Notes: generated by a model not told the origin, from the sequence alone. Counted from the stretch's first letter, positions 8,184-17,982 are shown. The stretch: DNA of 20,840 nucleotides from a virus (IMGVR_UViG_3300043449_002776); one strand, 5' to 3'. Translations and numbers: made by a program.

Positions 8184-8616
8184 TTGCTCGTAAGGCTTCA
8201 ATGGTCTCGCTCATAGTCATAGGCGTGCCGTTCAATTTTACATGATAATTAGAGATCTCGACATCGATGATGATTTGATTGTATTGGCGGTGTAGCATCC
8301 TTATTGTTTCGTAAATGTATGGAACAAAAAGAGACTCTCCTTCTACCAATTTAATTTGTGATCTGCCCAATTCTAAAGTCATGCTAGCATATTCTGATGC
8401 AAGCATGTGTTCGTTCCCGTGTTTCTTCCAATAATTTGCAAGAGCAAAGACACATTTGGATATATCTTTCAATTCGATACTTTCTGGTAAGAGCTTAGGA
8501 TGACGCAAAGCACAAATCATTACGATATGATCAAAATTAATTTTTTGGCATTTCGATCTAACAAGTCTTTCTGAAATCTGACTTGTCCCTTTAATTAGAA
8601 TTACTTTGTTTTTCAT
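8158..8616 (-). CDS. Hypothetical protein
   Basis: Fills the gap downstream of the minus-strand glycosyltransferase. The ATG at 8616 (MKNKVILIKG) is preferred over the track's TTG at 8640. Confidence 0.55.
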   Translation of the reverse strand: MKNKVILIKGTSQISERLVRSKCQKINFDHIVMICALRHPKLLPESIELKDISKCVFALANYWKKHGNEHMLASEYASMTLELGRSQIKLVEGESLFVPYIYETIRMLHRQYNQIIIDVEISNYHVKLNGTPMTMSETIEALRATTMNASND

Positions 8617-9463
8617 AGTTAAGTCTTGGCCATTCGCCAATTTTTGGCAGAAAATTTGTTGTGTTAAAAAATTCTTTGACTGATGGGGGAGCCCAAAATT
8701 CTATTAAAGTAAGAAAATCTTGTTTGTTAGGCGTTTTTATCATAGAGGCCCAAGATTTGCAAATATTTTCATACAAGTCGTTGAGCTTGCCTTCAAAATA
8801 CAAATCGTGCCAAAGTTTCCATCTTTCACAAGTTGCATTTCTTTGCAATAAAGCCTGATGTCCTGAAACGCCTTTTTTAACAAATTGATCAAAGCTTCGT
8901 ACAGGAAAGTGATGTCTCCATATATCTTTTGTGTGTGCCAAATCATGGCAATTTTCAAAGCCATGATTGCCATGCGTTATGATAATATCGGGATCTGGTC
9001 TGTGGGCGACTTTGCTTTCACCGGGCAAAGATGTGATGTGATCAAAATCTAAATAAAATCGCATATCCCATAAGCTAAAAGAAGCAGAGTGTGGCGGGTG
9101 CAAATAAACACCAGTTGAGCTTACGCCTTTCTCTTTGATTTTGTTTAAATTTGTAAGTCCACACCAAAGTTCATCAGCATCAAAGTGAACAATCCAATCA
9201 GGATTGAGCTTACAGGCCAATCTTGCCATTCTCGTAACCCATGCTGATTGATCGTGATTAGTGCCCGGCTCGTCAATTATTTCGATAACTTCAGGGTATT
9301 TGGAAGCAATTTTACGAGTGTTGTCGGTTGATCCATTGTCAGTAAGTATTATTTGAGACACACCTTGATTAATGTGGTGTTCGATGTTGGCACCGATAAT
9401 ATCTTCTTCGTTTTTAGCTAAAATCGTTCCTACGATTTTAATCTTAGTTTTTAATAGGATCAT
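8591..9463 (-). CDS. Glycosyltransferase, GT-A fold (GT2 / Glyco_tranf_2_4-like)
   Basis: AKNEEDIIGANIEHH, TDNGSTDNT, DWIVHFDADE (DxD), KVAHR...HGNH, HHFPVRSFDQF. Confidence 0.85.
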   Translation of the reverse strand: MILLKTKIKIVGTILAKNEEDIIGANIEHHINQGVSQIILTDNGSTDNTRKIASKYPEVIEIIDEPGTNHDQSAWVTRMARLACKLNPDWIVHFDADELWCGLTNLNKIKEKGVSSTGVYLHPPHSASFSLWDMRFYLDFDHITSLPGESKVAHRPDPDIIITHGNHGFENCHDLAHTKDIWRHHFPVRSFDQFVKKGVSGHQALLQRNATCERWKLWHDLYFEGKLNDLYENICKSWASMIKTPNKQDFLTLIEFWAPPSVKEFFNTTNFLPKIGEWPRLNYEKQSNSN

Positions 9464-9502
9464 GATTTAACATAGTTTTGACTATCATACATTGAGGAAT
9501 AA

Positions 9503-11723
<2,221 letters not shown>

Positions 11724-11740
<17 letters not shown>

Positions 11741-12155
11741 CTTTATCGATTTTCGAAAACTGTCGAGTAAAGTCATCAGGATGTCTTTGAAAAACGACTG
11801 TCATGGTTTTTCCAATATTTGGATTTCCTTGAATCCTTTTGAATTCATCGAATGAAAAATTACATTCAGTGCCATCGGAAAGCTTGATGTATATTGGGTT
11901 TTTAGTTTTCAGCAGTGTAGTTATTCTACCTGTTCTTTGAACTGAAGAAACTCCCAAATCTACCGGGTTTTTGGCATTTTTTAAATCATCCCCTTTCCAC
12001 GGTGTTGGAGTATTGAACCCATTCCATTGCGAGGACACAAGTGCTCCTCCTATTTGATTACCAAATTCTTGGCTATTAAATAGTTTTTCGATATTTGGTC
12101 CTAAATCAGCTAAGCCGACTTCTTCTTTTATAATGAATTCTTTGAATTTACCCAT
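11724..12155 (-). CDS. Putative internal head protein (T4 capsid-targeting-sequence-like N-terminus)
   Basis: Begins MGKFKEFIIKEE (compare T4 IP MKTYQEFIAE / MKTFKEF); preceded by an ATAAATA box. The function of the body is unknown. Confidence 0.55.
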
Positions 12156-12177
12156 GTCTTCACTCTATTAGTCAAAG

Positions 12178-12184
12178 TATTTAT
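12178..12184 (-). promoter_or_regulatory. T4-like late promoter box ATAAATA
   Basis: Minus-strand AATAAATA, 22 nt upstream of the ATG at 12155. Confidence 0.5.
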
Positions 12185-12200
12185 TGCTGAAGGTTTAAAT

Positions 12201-12533
12201 ATGAGTGTGAATTCGGGTTTTCATGAGTGCGAAGTTAAAGAAGTGGTGTTTTTAACACCAGCTAAAGTGAAGGTTGTCGTGGACGGCGTAGAAGAAACCG
12301 TCATGACAAGCGTTGATATCATTAATCGTAAAGTTTATCTGCCTAATGGTGATGAAATAGATAAGTTCAGCAAAAAGGTGTTTGAACACCTAGATGAGAT
12401 AAATACTTTGCCTGAGGACTTTTTCATGGCACCCGATGAGGTCAGAGAAGAAGCGGCTAAGGCTGAATCAACCCGAAATCAAGTTTATCAAGAAGCAATG
12501 GGAGCAAGCAATGAGCGAAACATCATCAATTAA
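12201..12533 (+). CDS. Hypothetical acidic protein
   Basis: 110-aa ORF, first gene of a tightly overlapping + strand block. Confidence 0.65.
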   Translation: MSVNSGFHECEVKEVVFLTPAKVKVVVDGVEETVMTSVDIINRKVYLPNGDEIDKFSKKVFEHLDEINTLPEDFFMAPDEVREEAAKAESTRNQVYQEAMGASNERNIIN

Positions 12534-12813
12534 AGCACAAGTATATGTGCCGGGCAAATCATCAAGTAGACTGCAAAGACAGTTGACCTTAGAAGTTGTC
12601 GTAGAGTGGATTAAAATTCAAGGATTTGACGACTATACTACCCAAGGTTTAATCGAGCTTGCTGAGCGATACCCAACACAGGCTCTTCCAAGTTTCAGAA
12701 GAAATTTCAATATTATGCTTGAAAGGGTACGTCAGAAGAGAAAATTGGAAATGCGTGGCAAACCAGTAACAGAACAAGGAAAAAATGATGGCGAAGAAAA
12801 CTCCCAAGATTAA
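12511..12813 (+). CDS. Hypothetical protein
   Basis: The ATG at 12511 follows a GGAG SD and is preferred over the track start at 12436. Confidence 0.6.
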   Translation: MSETSSIKAQVYVPGKSSSRLQRQLTLEVVVEWIKIQGFDDYTTQGLIELAERYPTQALPSFRRNFNIMLERVRQKRKLEMRGKPVTEQGKNDGEENSQD

Positions 12814-13165
12814 ATTTACAGGAACAAAGCCAGATGGCACTTTATTGAAAGCAAAATTACCCGACACTGTAGTGGCAAGTGGTGTTACCAAGATTGCTTT
12901 GAATCACAGGGCATCAGCAATTATTGAGACAGATTTGAAAGTCGCTGTCGATACAGGTTACAGGCTTTGTTTCCGTCTGGTGCCTGATTTAACAAATCGT
13001 GGAATTGTTGCCACAAATGCACCCGGCTTTTTCATGAATGGTCAAGTAACTGCAAATCTCTTAAATGTAGGTCGTGAGATAGTGGAGATCAAATCGGGAG
13101 ACCCTTTGATGCATGTGTGGATTGAAGAGGATCTTTCGCCAGTTTGGGAAAAATTGGAGGAGTAA
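12785..13165 (+). CDS. Degenerate trimeric dUTPase-fold protein (pseudo-dUTPase)
   Basis: The spacing of IIETDLKVAVDTGY...RGIVATNAPG...GQVTANLLNVG...IKSGD follows the dUTPase beta-fold, but catalytic motifs 1, 2, 3 (Asp), 4 and 5 are lost or altered. Confidence 0.6.
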   Translation: MMAKKTPKIKFTGTKPDGTLLKAKLPDTVVASGVTKIALNHRASAIIETDLKVAVDTGYRLCFRLVPDLTNRGIVATNAPGFFMNGQVTANLLNVGREIVEIKSGDPLMHVWIEEDLSPVWEKLEE

Positions 13166-13368
13166 TGAAAGCAAGCATACTTGTGAGTATAGCTCGTCAA
13201 ATTGAAGGAGAGTATGTCTTTGTTCGAGTTGTCAAAGCTAATCGAAACAGTGAAAAGCTGTTTCGATTTTTGAGAGAAACCGAACTCCCTCGTACTGTAA
13301 AACTTGGCGATGTAGATTGCGTCTTAGAGTACGGCGTTATTGAAGATGTAGAAATTGAAGAAGACTAA
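13165..13368 (+). CDS. Small hypothetical protein
   Basis: GGAGG SD; the ATG overlaps the previous stop (TAATG). Confidence 0.6.
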   Translation: MKASILVSIARQIEGEYVFVRVVKANRNSEKLFRFLRETELPRTVKLGDVDCVLEYGVIEDVEIEED

Positions 13369-13420
13369 ACACACATAGCCAGTCAACTCAAGGCCAACTG
13401 GCTATATGTGTTTTTATTTT
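13368..13420 (+). terminator. Intrinsic terminator between convergent genes, possibly bidirectional
   Basis: Stem AACACACATAGCCAGT (13368-13383) / ACTGGCTATATGTGTT (13397-13412), 15 of 16 pairs, followed by TTTATTTT. Confidence 0.8.
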
Positions 13421-13426
13421 TGTTCT

Positions 13427-13852
13427 TTACTTTCTTTCACGCATTTTGACCCACTCTAGAAATGTGGGTAATCTCATACAGGATGATTCATCTTGTTGAT
13501 CATCCTCTTGATCATCTTGGGTTTTGCCCTTTTTCTTTTCTAAGGACTTCTTGATGGCATTGGCTTTGCCAACTTCCCATCCTTCAATTTCTCCGTCTTT
13601 ATCGATGTCCCTTGCTTCAACATCGTCAGCATCCATGTGCTTTTTATCCTTTTTCTTTTCTAAGGATTTTTTGATAGCATTGGCTTTTCCTTGCTCCCAT
13701 CCATCAATCTTACCATTATCATCGATGTCTCTTGCTTCAACATCTTCAGCATCCATATGCTTCTTGTGGCCTTTCTTTTTTAAGATAGCCGCTTGCAATG
13801 CTGGTGGTAATTTTTTCTGTGCAGGAGTTAATCCTGTTTTTTCATCTTTCAT
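13427..13852 (-). CDS. Highly charged probable late/head-associated protein with two EF-hand-like loops
   Basis: Two 40-aa repeats containing DIDDNGKIDGWE and DIDKDGEIEGWE; AGAGGA SD and an upstream ATAAATA box. Confidence 0.7.
   Translation of the reverse strand: MKDEKTGLTPAQKKLPPALQAAILKKKGHKKHMDAEDVEARDIDDNGKIDGWEQGKANAIKKSLEKKKDKKHMDADDVEARDIDKDGEIEGWEVGKANAIKKSLEKKKGKTQDDQEDDQQDESSCMRLPTFLEWVKMRERK
13526..13765 (-). repeat. Two 120-bp in-frame tandem repeats (40 aa each)
   Basis: KKHMDAEDVEARDIDDNGKIDGWEQGKANAIKKSLEKKKD / KKHMDADDVEARDIDKDGEIEGWEVGKANAIKKSLEKKKG. Confidence 0.92.
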
Positions 13853-13883
13853 AGTGGTTCCTCTTTTGTTTGCGAAGTATTCT

Positions 13884-13890
13884 TATTTAT
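13884..13890 (-). promoter_or_regulatory. T4-like late promoter box ATAAATA
   Basis: Minus-strand CATAAATA, 31 nt upstream of the ATG at 13852, in the loop of a GCGAAG/CTTCGC inverted repeat. Confidence 0.5.
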
Positions 13891-13904
13891 GAGCTTCGCT
13901 TTAA

Positions 13905-14702
13905 TTATGGGGTTAGTAAATCTGATGACTGTAAAATATATGGAGTTTCCATAATTGCTACTAAGTCTGAGCCATCATATTCATAATATGTCTTTTTAGC
14001 TAAGTCGCCCTCAGCAGCACCAGCAGGGTACTTAATTTCACTTGTTAATTGACCTGAAGTATATGTGCGTTTATAAAACCAGAAGGCATCGTTGCAGCCC
14101 TTCAATAACTGCCAATCCGGCGTAGGGCTTAAAGGATCTAGTCCCGCAGAAGTTATAATTGCAGCATCAATAGGGTCGCTTGGATCAAGCAAAACCAATC
14201 TGTGTGGACCAAGGTCTGAGTAGGAAAATCTATTTTCTAAAGCGTATCTTTCAAAATAGCTTGGAAGTTCAGCAACTGGAGCCTTTTTATTGAAACCTAT
14301 AACTGATTCTGCACTTTCATTTGAAATGAATGCTATAAAATTCGCTCTATTTTTTCTTCCTTTTATTAATAGGCTCTCAGTATTTGCTACAGCTAAGAAG
14401 TTTTCTGCAAATATAGCGTTAGCATTTAGTGCTGTAGCTATTTCTTGAGAGGTGGTCGCAGCTACTGTTGCACCGGATACATTGATGGTTATTTTAGCAT
14501 AACCTAATAGGCTTGGATCATATGCAAAGCTTATACTAAGATTAGTGTTGCCTGTAAGGTCATAAGGGCCAGAATTTCCAGCAAGCATATACATGCTACT
14601 ATTTGTATTGGGTCCAATTTTGAAATTGGATTGTAATTTGCGATCTGCACTGAACAGACTGCCTCGAAATTCTGAGTTTAAGACGTTTTGAAAGAATGAC
14701 AT
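13905..14702 (-). CDS. Probable virion structural protein
   Basis: 265-aa ORF with an Ala/Ser/Thr/Asn-rich central segment and a GAGGT SD; co-transcribed behind the 476-aa structural gene. The function is inferred from context. Confidence 0.6.
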   Translation of the reverse strand: MSFFQNVLNSEFRGSLFSADRKLQSNFKIGPNTNSSMYMLAGNSGPYDLTGNTNLSISFAYDPSLLGYAKITINVSGATVAATTSQEIATALNANAIFAENFLAVANTESLLIKGRKNRANFIAFISNESAESVIGFNKKAPVAELPSYFERYALENRFSYSDLGPHRLVLLDPSDPIDAAIITSAGLDPLSPTPDWQLLKGCNDAFWFYKRTYTSGQLTSEIKYPAGAAEGDLAKKTYYEYDGSDLVAIMETPYILQSSDLLTP

Positions 14703-14705
14703 ATG

Positions 14706-16136
14706 CTACCTCGTTTCGCTCCATTGTAAGGCAGCATATGCTTTAATATTTACGTTATTGCTGCTGTCTAAAGCTGTTGCTATTATTGCGTAAGCCTCAC
14801 TCTCAGTTGAGTCATAATTTTGTGTGATAAAACCACGTTTATTTACTGTTGGATTACTTACGCTACCTGATGATGTAGTATTTACACTAGCAGCAGCTTG
14901 TAAAAATTGACCAGCTAAGGAAATAGCATTCGAAAAACCAGTGGCTGTAGCATTATACTCAATAATGCTGTCGTCACCATGATTTACCCAATCTCCTCCT
15001 GTAATGCTAGTATGACTATTAAATTTTACAAGTTCAAAAAATACAGGGCCATTTGTCACAATGAGAGAGGCTTGCAGAATCCTAACAATTCCTCTAACTA
15101 AATCTCCATTGTACGTATTTTTTAAACGCACAGCAAGAATGCACATGCTATCGCCGCCATTTTGAATAGTTCTGCCGGTTAAACTGCTGTGTTGCAGGTT
15201 TATTAACCCTGTTTCAGTATATCCGCCTTCACTCATTACGGTTCCGCAAATTTGTTTCAAAGTTGCAGTACCAACTGCTGTGCCTATATTTCTTATTTCA
15301 CATCTTACTGGCAAACTTGGTTGAGTCCAATAAACATTAGTGTTGTAGTTAGAATGATATATTTCATGTGCAATCACCCATTTTCCGTCATGAACAAATC
15401 CTATTCTTAATCGTCCTACTCCAAGCCATTGAAAGTCTAACATCAAGAGTTGTGTTTTGCTGACATCTAAATCAAAAGACCCAACTTTGCCAAAGTTCTG
15501 TGCATTCGAACCATCTGGTAGCACTCCTTCTCCTTGTAAGGTTGTGCTGCAAGTGTCGATGTTCCAATCTTCTTGGGGAATAACAGTATCGATAGCGGTG
15601 CCTGTTATGTAAGATCGCATCACAAAACTGAGCGAGCCATCTCCTTCTTCTTGTAAGAAGATCCCATTTCTGTCATCGAAGTATCCGCATCTTTTAATTG
15701 TATTTTCTCTTGCTGTTCCAAAACAAAAACTATGTAGGAATACTTGACTTTTGCCCGGAAGATAGTGGTGATACATTTTGCTTTGATGAATTGCGTAACC
15801 ACCATCAGTTGTGCCCAAAGATAAAATGTAACTACTTGTAGCAACATCAGCGGACCCAGATCCCCCACCACTGGTTTTAAGTATCATTTCTGTGTTTTCG
15901 CCACTAATATGATGATAATCACCAAGTGTAATAGGCTGACTTACACGAAGTTTTCCGAAAGCATCGCCTGAACTTGATGAAGGGCTGGAACTTACCGGTA
16001 GCGGATTGTTAGGACTTACTGATGAAACTGAATCGTCTTCTCCGTAAGTAAGTTTTACTTTAAGGTGTTTGATGTTATCAATTTCGTCGGCTGCAATAAG
16101 TTTGTCATGATCTGTTAGTCTTACATTGTCTCCCAT
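14706..16136 (-). CDS. Virion structural protein of a widespread phage family, beta-rich
   Basis: DAFGKLRVSQP, YLPGKSQ, GYFDDRNGIF, DFQWLGVGRLRIGFV and SLPVRCEIRN match a pattern I recall from myophage structural proteins (not database-verified); preceded by ATAAATA. Confidence 0.68.
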   Translation of the reverse strand: MGDNVRLTDHDKLIAADEIDNIKHLKVKLTYGEDDSVSSVSPNNPLPVSSSPSSSSGDAFGKLRVSQPITLGDYHHISGENTEMILKTSGGGSGSADVATSSYILSLGTTDGGYAIHQSKMYHHYLPGKSQVFLHSFCFGTARENTIKRCGYFDDRNGIFLQEEGDGSLSFVMRSYITGTAIDTVIPQEDWNIDTCSTTLQGEGVLPDGSNAQNFGKVGSFDLDVSKTQLLMLDFQWLGVGRLRIGFVHDGKWVIAHEIYHSNYNTNVYWTQPSLPVRCEIRNIGTAVGTATLKQICGTVMSEGGYTETGLINLQHSSLTGRTIQNGGDSMCILAVRLKNTYNGDLVRGIVRILQASLIVTNGPVFFELVKFNSHTSITGGDWVNHGDDSIIEYNATATGFSNAISLAGQFLQAAASVNTTSSGSVSNPTVNKRGFITQNYDSTESEAYAIIATALDSSNNVNIKAYAALQWSETR

Positions 16137-16155
16137 TTTTCCCTACCTTTTTGGT

Positions 16156-16162
16156 TATTTAT
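16156..16162 (-). promoter_or_regulatory. T4-like late promoter box ATAAATA
   Basis: Minus-strand GATAAATA, 19 nt upstream of the ATG at 16136. Confidence 0.55.
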
Positions 16163-16222
16163 CGTTTGTAGAAGTAAAATTCTAAGGTTCTTACTTTGTT
16201 ATTATGTATTAAGGAGAAAATA

Positions 16223-16954
16223 ATGAACCAAGCCTTCAATCCTTTGGAATCCCCAGCAGGAAAACCCACTTTGACGTTGAATTTACATGATGGATCAAAT
16301 GAACAGGTCTCTATTATTGTAGTGCATCATAATCAACCTTCGTTTTTGAATATTTGTCTACAATCCGTTTATGCAATGAGCAATCTCAATAATTATGAAG
16401 TAATTGTTGTTGATAATGCCTCAAATCAGGAGAGCCAAGAATATCTGGATGCTTTAGAGGAAGAGGGCATCAAAGTCATTAGAAATGACAAAAACTTGTA
16501 TTGGTCTAAAGCTGCTAACCAAGGCGTATCTGTTGCAGACCCTAATTCAAAATACTTCATTTTTCTTCATGCCGATACTGTTATTCTTGATCCTGCATGG
16601 ATTGATGTAATGATTAATTTATCTGAAGGTAGAAGTTGCGGTCTAGTCGGAACAAATCTTCATGCCTATTACATTCAAAAGCAACAAGTCAGTTTTGTTC
16701 AAGAACATTGTATGATGATTACCAGACGATGCTGGGAAGATATTGGTCCTTGGCCAGAAGAATTACCATTGGTAGGCATGGCTTTTATTATGACATTGAG
16801 GGCTCAATATAAGGGTCATAATCCGCAAGCAATTGGCAACACGATTGCCCATCATTACAAAGCTTTCGTAATGGACCCAAGCGAGTATGAGAGAATGTGT
16901 GAACAAGCTATGGGAATCGTTGGCAAATTGATGGCGATGGCACAAAAATCTTAA
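16223..16954 (+). CDS. Glycosyltransferase family 2-like protein
   Basis: SIIVVHHN, YEVIVVDNAS, NQGV, YFIFLHADT (HAD at the DxD position). The ATG at 16223 follows an AAGGAG SD. Confidence 0.8.
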   Translation: MNQAFNPLESPAGKPTLTLNLHDGSNEQVSIIVVHHNQPSFLNICLQSVYAMSNLNNYEVIVVDNASNQESQEYLDALEEEGIKVIRNDKNLYWSKAANQGVSVADPNSKYFIFLHADTVILDPAWIDVMINLSEGRSCGLVGTNLHAYYIQKQQVSFVQEHCMMITRRCWEDIGPWPEELPLVGMAFIMTLRAQYKGHNPQAIGNTIAHHYKAFVMDPSEYERMCEQAMGIVGKLMAMAQKS

Positions 16955-17413
16955 TTACTGAGGCACCGCAGCTATAAACTGCTTCCATTCAGGGTGATCA
17001 TGAATAACTATTTTGTTTTTTGTGTAATAATTGGCGTAAGCGTGACAAAAAAGTTCTTCAGGCGACTGCTTTTGTTTATTTTTCGTTCTTGCCACAATTT
17101 CCGTCCATTTTTTAACAAGTTCAGGTTTTGGTTGAACAAATCTTTCCCAAACTTTATGACCAACTTCATGGAGAATTGTGAATTCTCTTCCATAATTCCA
17201 AGGAGCGGCGACTGCAATTTCTTTAGATCCATCATCCATGTAACCGACGTGTTCGTCATCACCATTTAGGGTGTTTCCTCCATGAAATTTCCATTTAAAT
17301 CCTTGGACCAAAGCAGCGTGAGATGAAGGAAGTTTTGCTAGGGTTTTTTTAATATCCCCTTTTTCCTCGATCATATTATCTTGTTGTTGAAAAAATTCTT
17401 TGAAGCTCATCAT
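16955..17413 (-). CDS. Zincin metallopeptidase (anthrax lethal factor/MtfA-like HExxH...E) with a capsid-targeting-like N-terminus
   Basis: ILHEVGHKVW plus SPEELFCHAYANYY (compare LF HEFGH and EAEFFAEAF); N-terminus MMSFKEFF...IEE. Confidence 0.7.
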   Translation of the reverse strand: MMSFKEFFQQQDNMIEEKGDIKKTLAKLPSSHAALVQGFKWKFHGGNTLNGDDEHVGYMDDGSKEIAVAAPWNYGREFTILHEVGHKVWERFVQPKPELVKKWTEIVARTKNKQKQSPEELFCHAYANYYTKNKIVIHDHPEWKQFIAAVPQ

Positions 17414-17418
17414 GTTCT

Positions 17419-17425
17419 TATTTAG
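17419..17425 (-). promoter_or_regulatory. T4-like late promoter box CTAAATA, 5 nt before the ATG at 17413
   Basis: Minus-strand ACTAAATA-AGAAC-ATG; no SD. Confidence 0.5.
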
Positions 17426-17427
17426 TG

Positions 17428-17455
17428 TTGTAATTTTTCTTTCTTAAACTATAAT
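17428..17455 (+). promoter_or_regulatory. Sigma70-like promoter (-35 TTGTAA, 16-nt spacer, -10 TATAAT)
   Basis: Perfect TATAAT at 17450-17455 and TTGTAA at 17428-17433. The predicted start near 17461-17462 coincides with the first stem of the structured region. Confidence 0.55.
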
Positions 17456-17461
17456 AAGTTC

Positions 17462-17920
17462 GCACAAGCATGGTTCTTGTAAAAGAACCGGTCCTCCACT
17501 GGACTTTAATACGGCGTAGTCCCAAACGATAATGGGGGTTTTTGTATTTGTACCAAATCTAATTACACATTTGCTATTTGTTGAAAAAAATATGCTGGTA
17601 GCGAACCTAACCATAATAGGCGGAAAGTCGAAAGAACAGTAATCTTTCACGGTTTGTGCTGATAAAATCCATCGTTGACAATACAAATTTTGTTGGTGGG
17701 AAAATTTATTTGTCATATATGTTACGGACAAAATCTACGGTCATAAGATGATGTCCTAAAACTCCAGTCTGGTTGTAACATGTGCGGACATGACTATTTT
17801 GTATGTTAAGCATAAGGTGGTTATGGTGGGAGGAAACTTGATCCACTCTTATGCCGGTTTTCTTAAAAATTGCGATGGTTTGAGTCCCCTGCTAAGTTTT
17901 ATATTTGGCAGGGGATTTTT
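17462..17920 (+). ncRNA. Candidate large structured non-coding RNA, family unassigned
   Basis: The interval has no credible ORF, has many nested stems with two GNRA tetraloops, and is flanked by a promoter and a terminator (details under findings). Confidence 0.55.
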
Positions 17921-17924
17921 ATTT
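17884..17924 (+). terminator. Intrinsic (rho-independent) terminator
   Basis: TCCCCTGC (17885-17892) / GCAGGGGA (17908-17915) stem followed by TTTTTATTT. Confidence 0.82.
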
Positions 17925-17947
17925 CTTACATTCTACCAAGTTCTTAT

Positions 17948-17954
17948 CTAAATA
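17948..17954 (+). promoter_or_regulatory. T4-like late promoter box CTAAATA upstream of phoH
   Basis: Lies just downstream of the terminator and 28 nt before the phoH ATG. Confidence 0.45.
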
Positions 17955-17982
17955 CTTGTACGAATCTCTTGAAAGGAGCGAT

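Noticed and set aside
13524-13892. 122-aa antisense ORF with apparent repeats
   Set aside because: It is a shadow of the Lys/Asp-rich repeat gene on the opposite strand; the Phe/Ser richness is the reverse complement of its codons.
17444-17731. 95-aa minus-strand ORF across the intergenic region
   Set aside because: No SD or late box, no recognisable motif and atypical composition; the + strand promoter, terminator and stem pattern explain the region better. It is not formally excluded.
17462-17920. tmRNA, RNase P RNA or group I intron as the identity of the structured region
   Set aside because: No GGGG...UCCACCA tRNA-like ends or tag ORF. GGCGGAAAGTC only loosely resembles the RNase P GAGGAAAGUCC and lacks the 3' P4 partner. 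The intron-like TAGTCC (17517) and GACTA (17792) elements occur in the wrong order, and no gene is interrupted.
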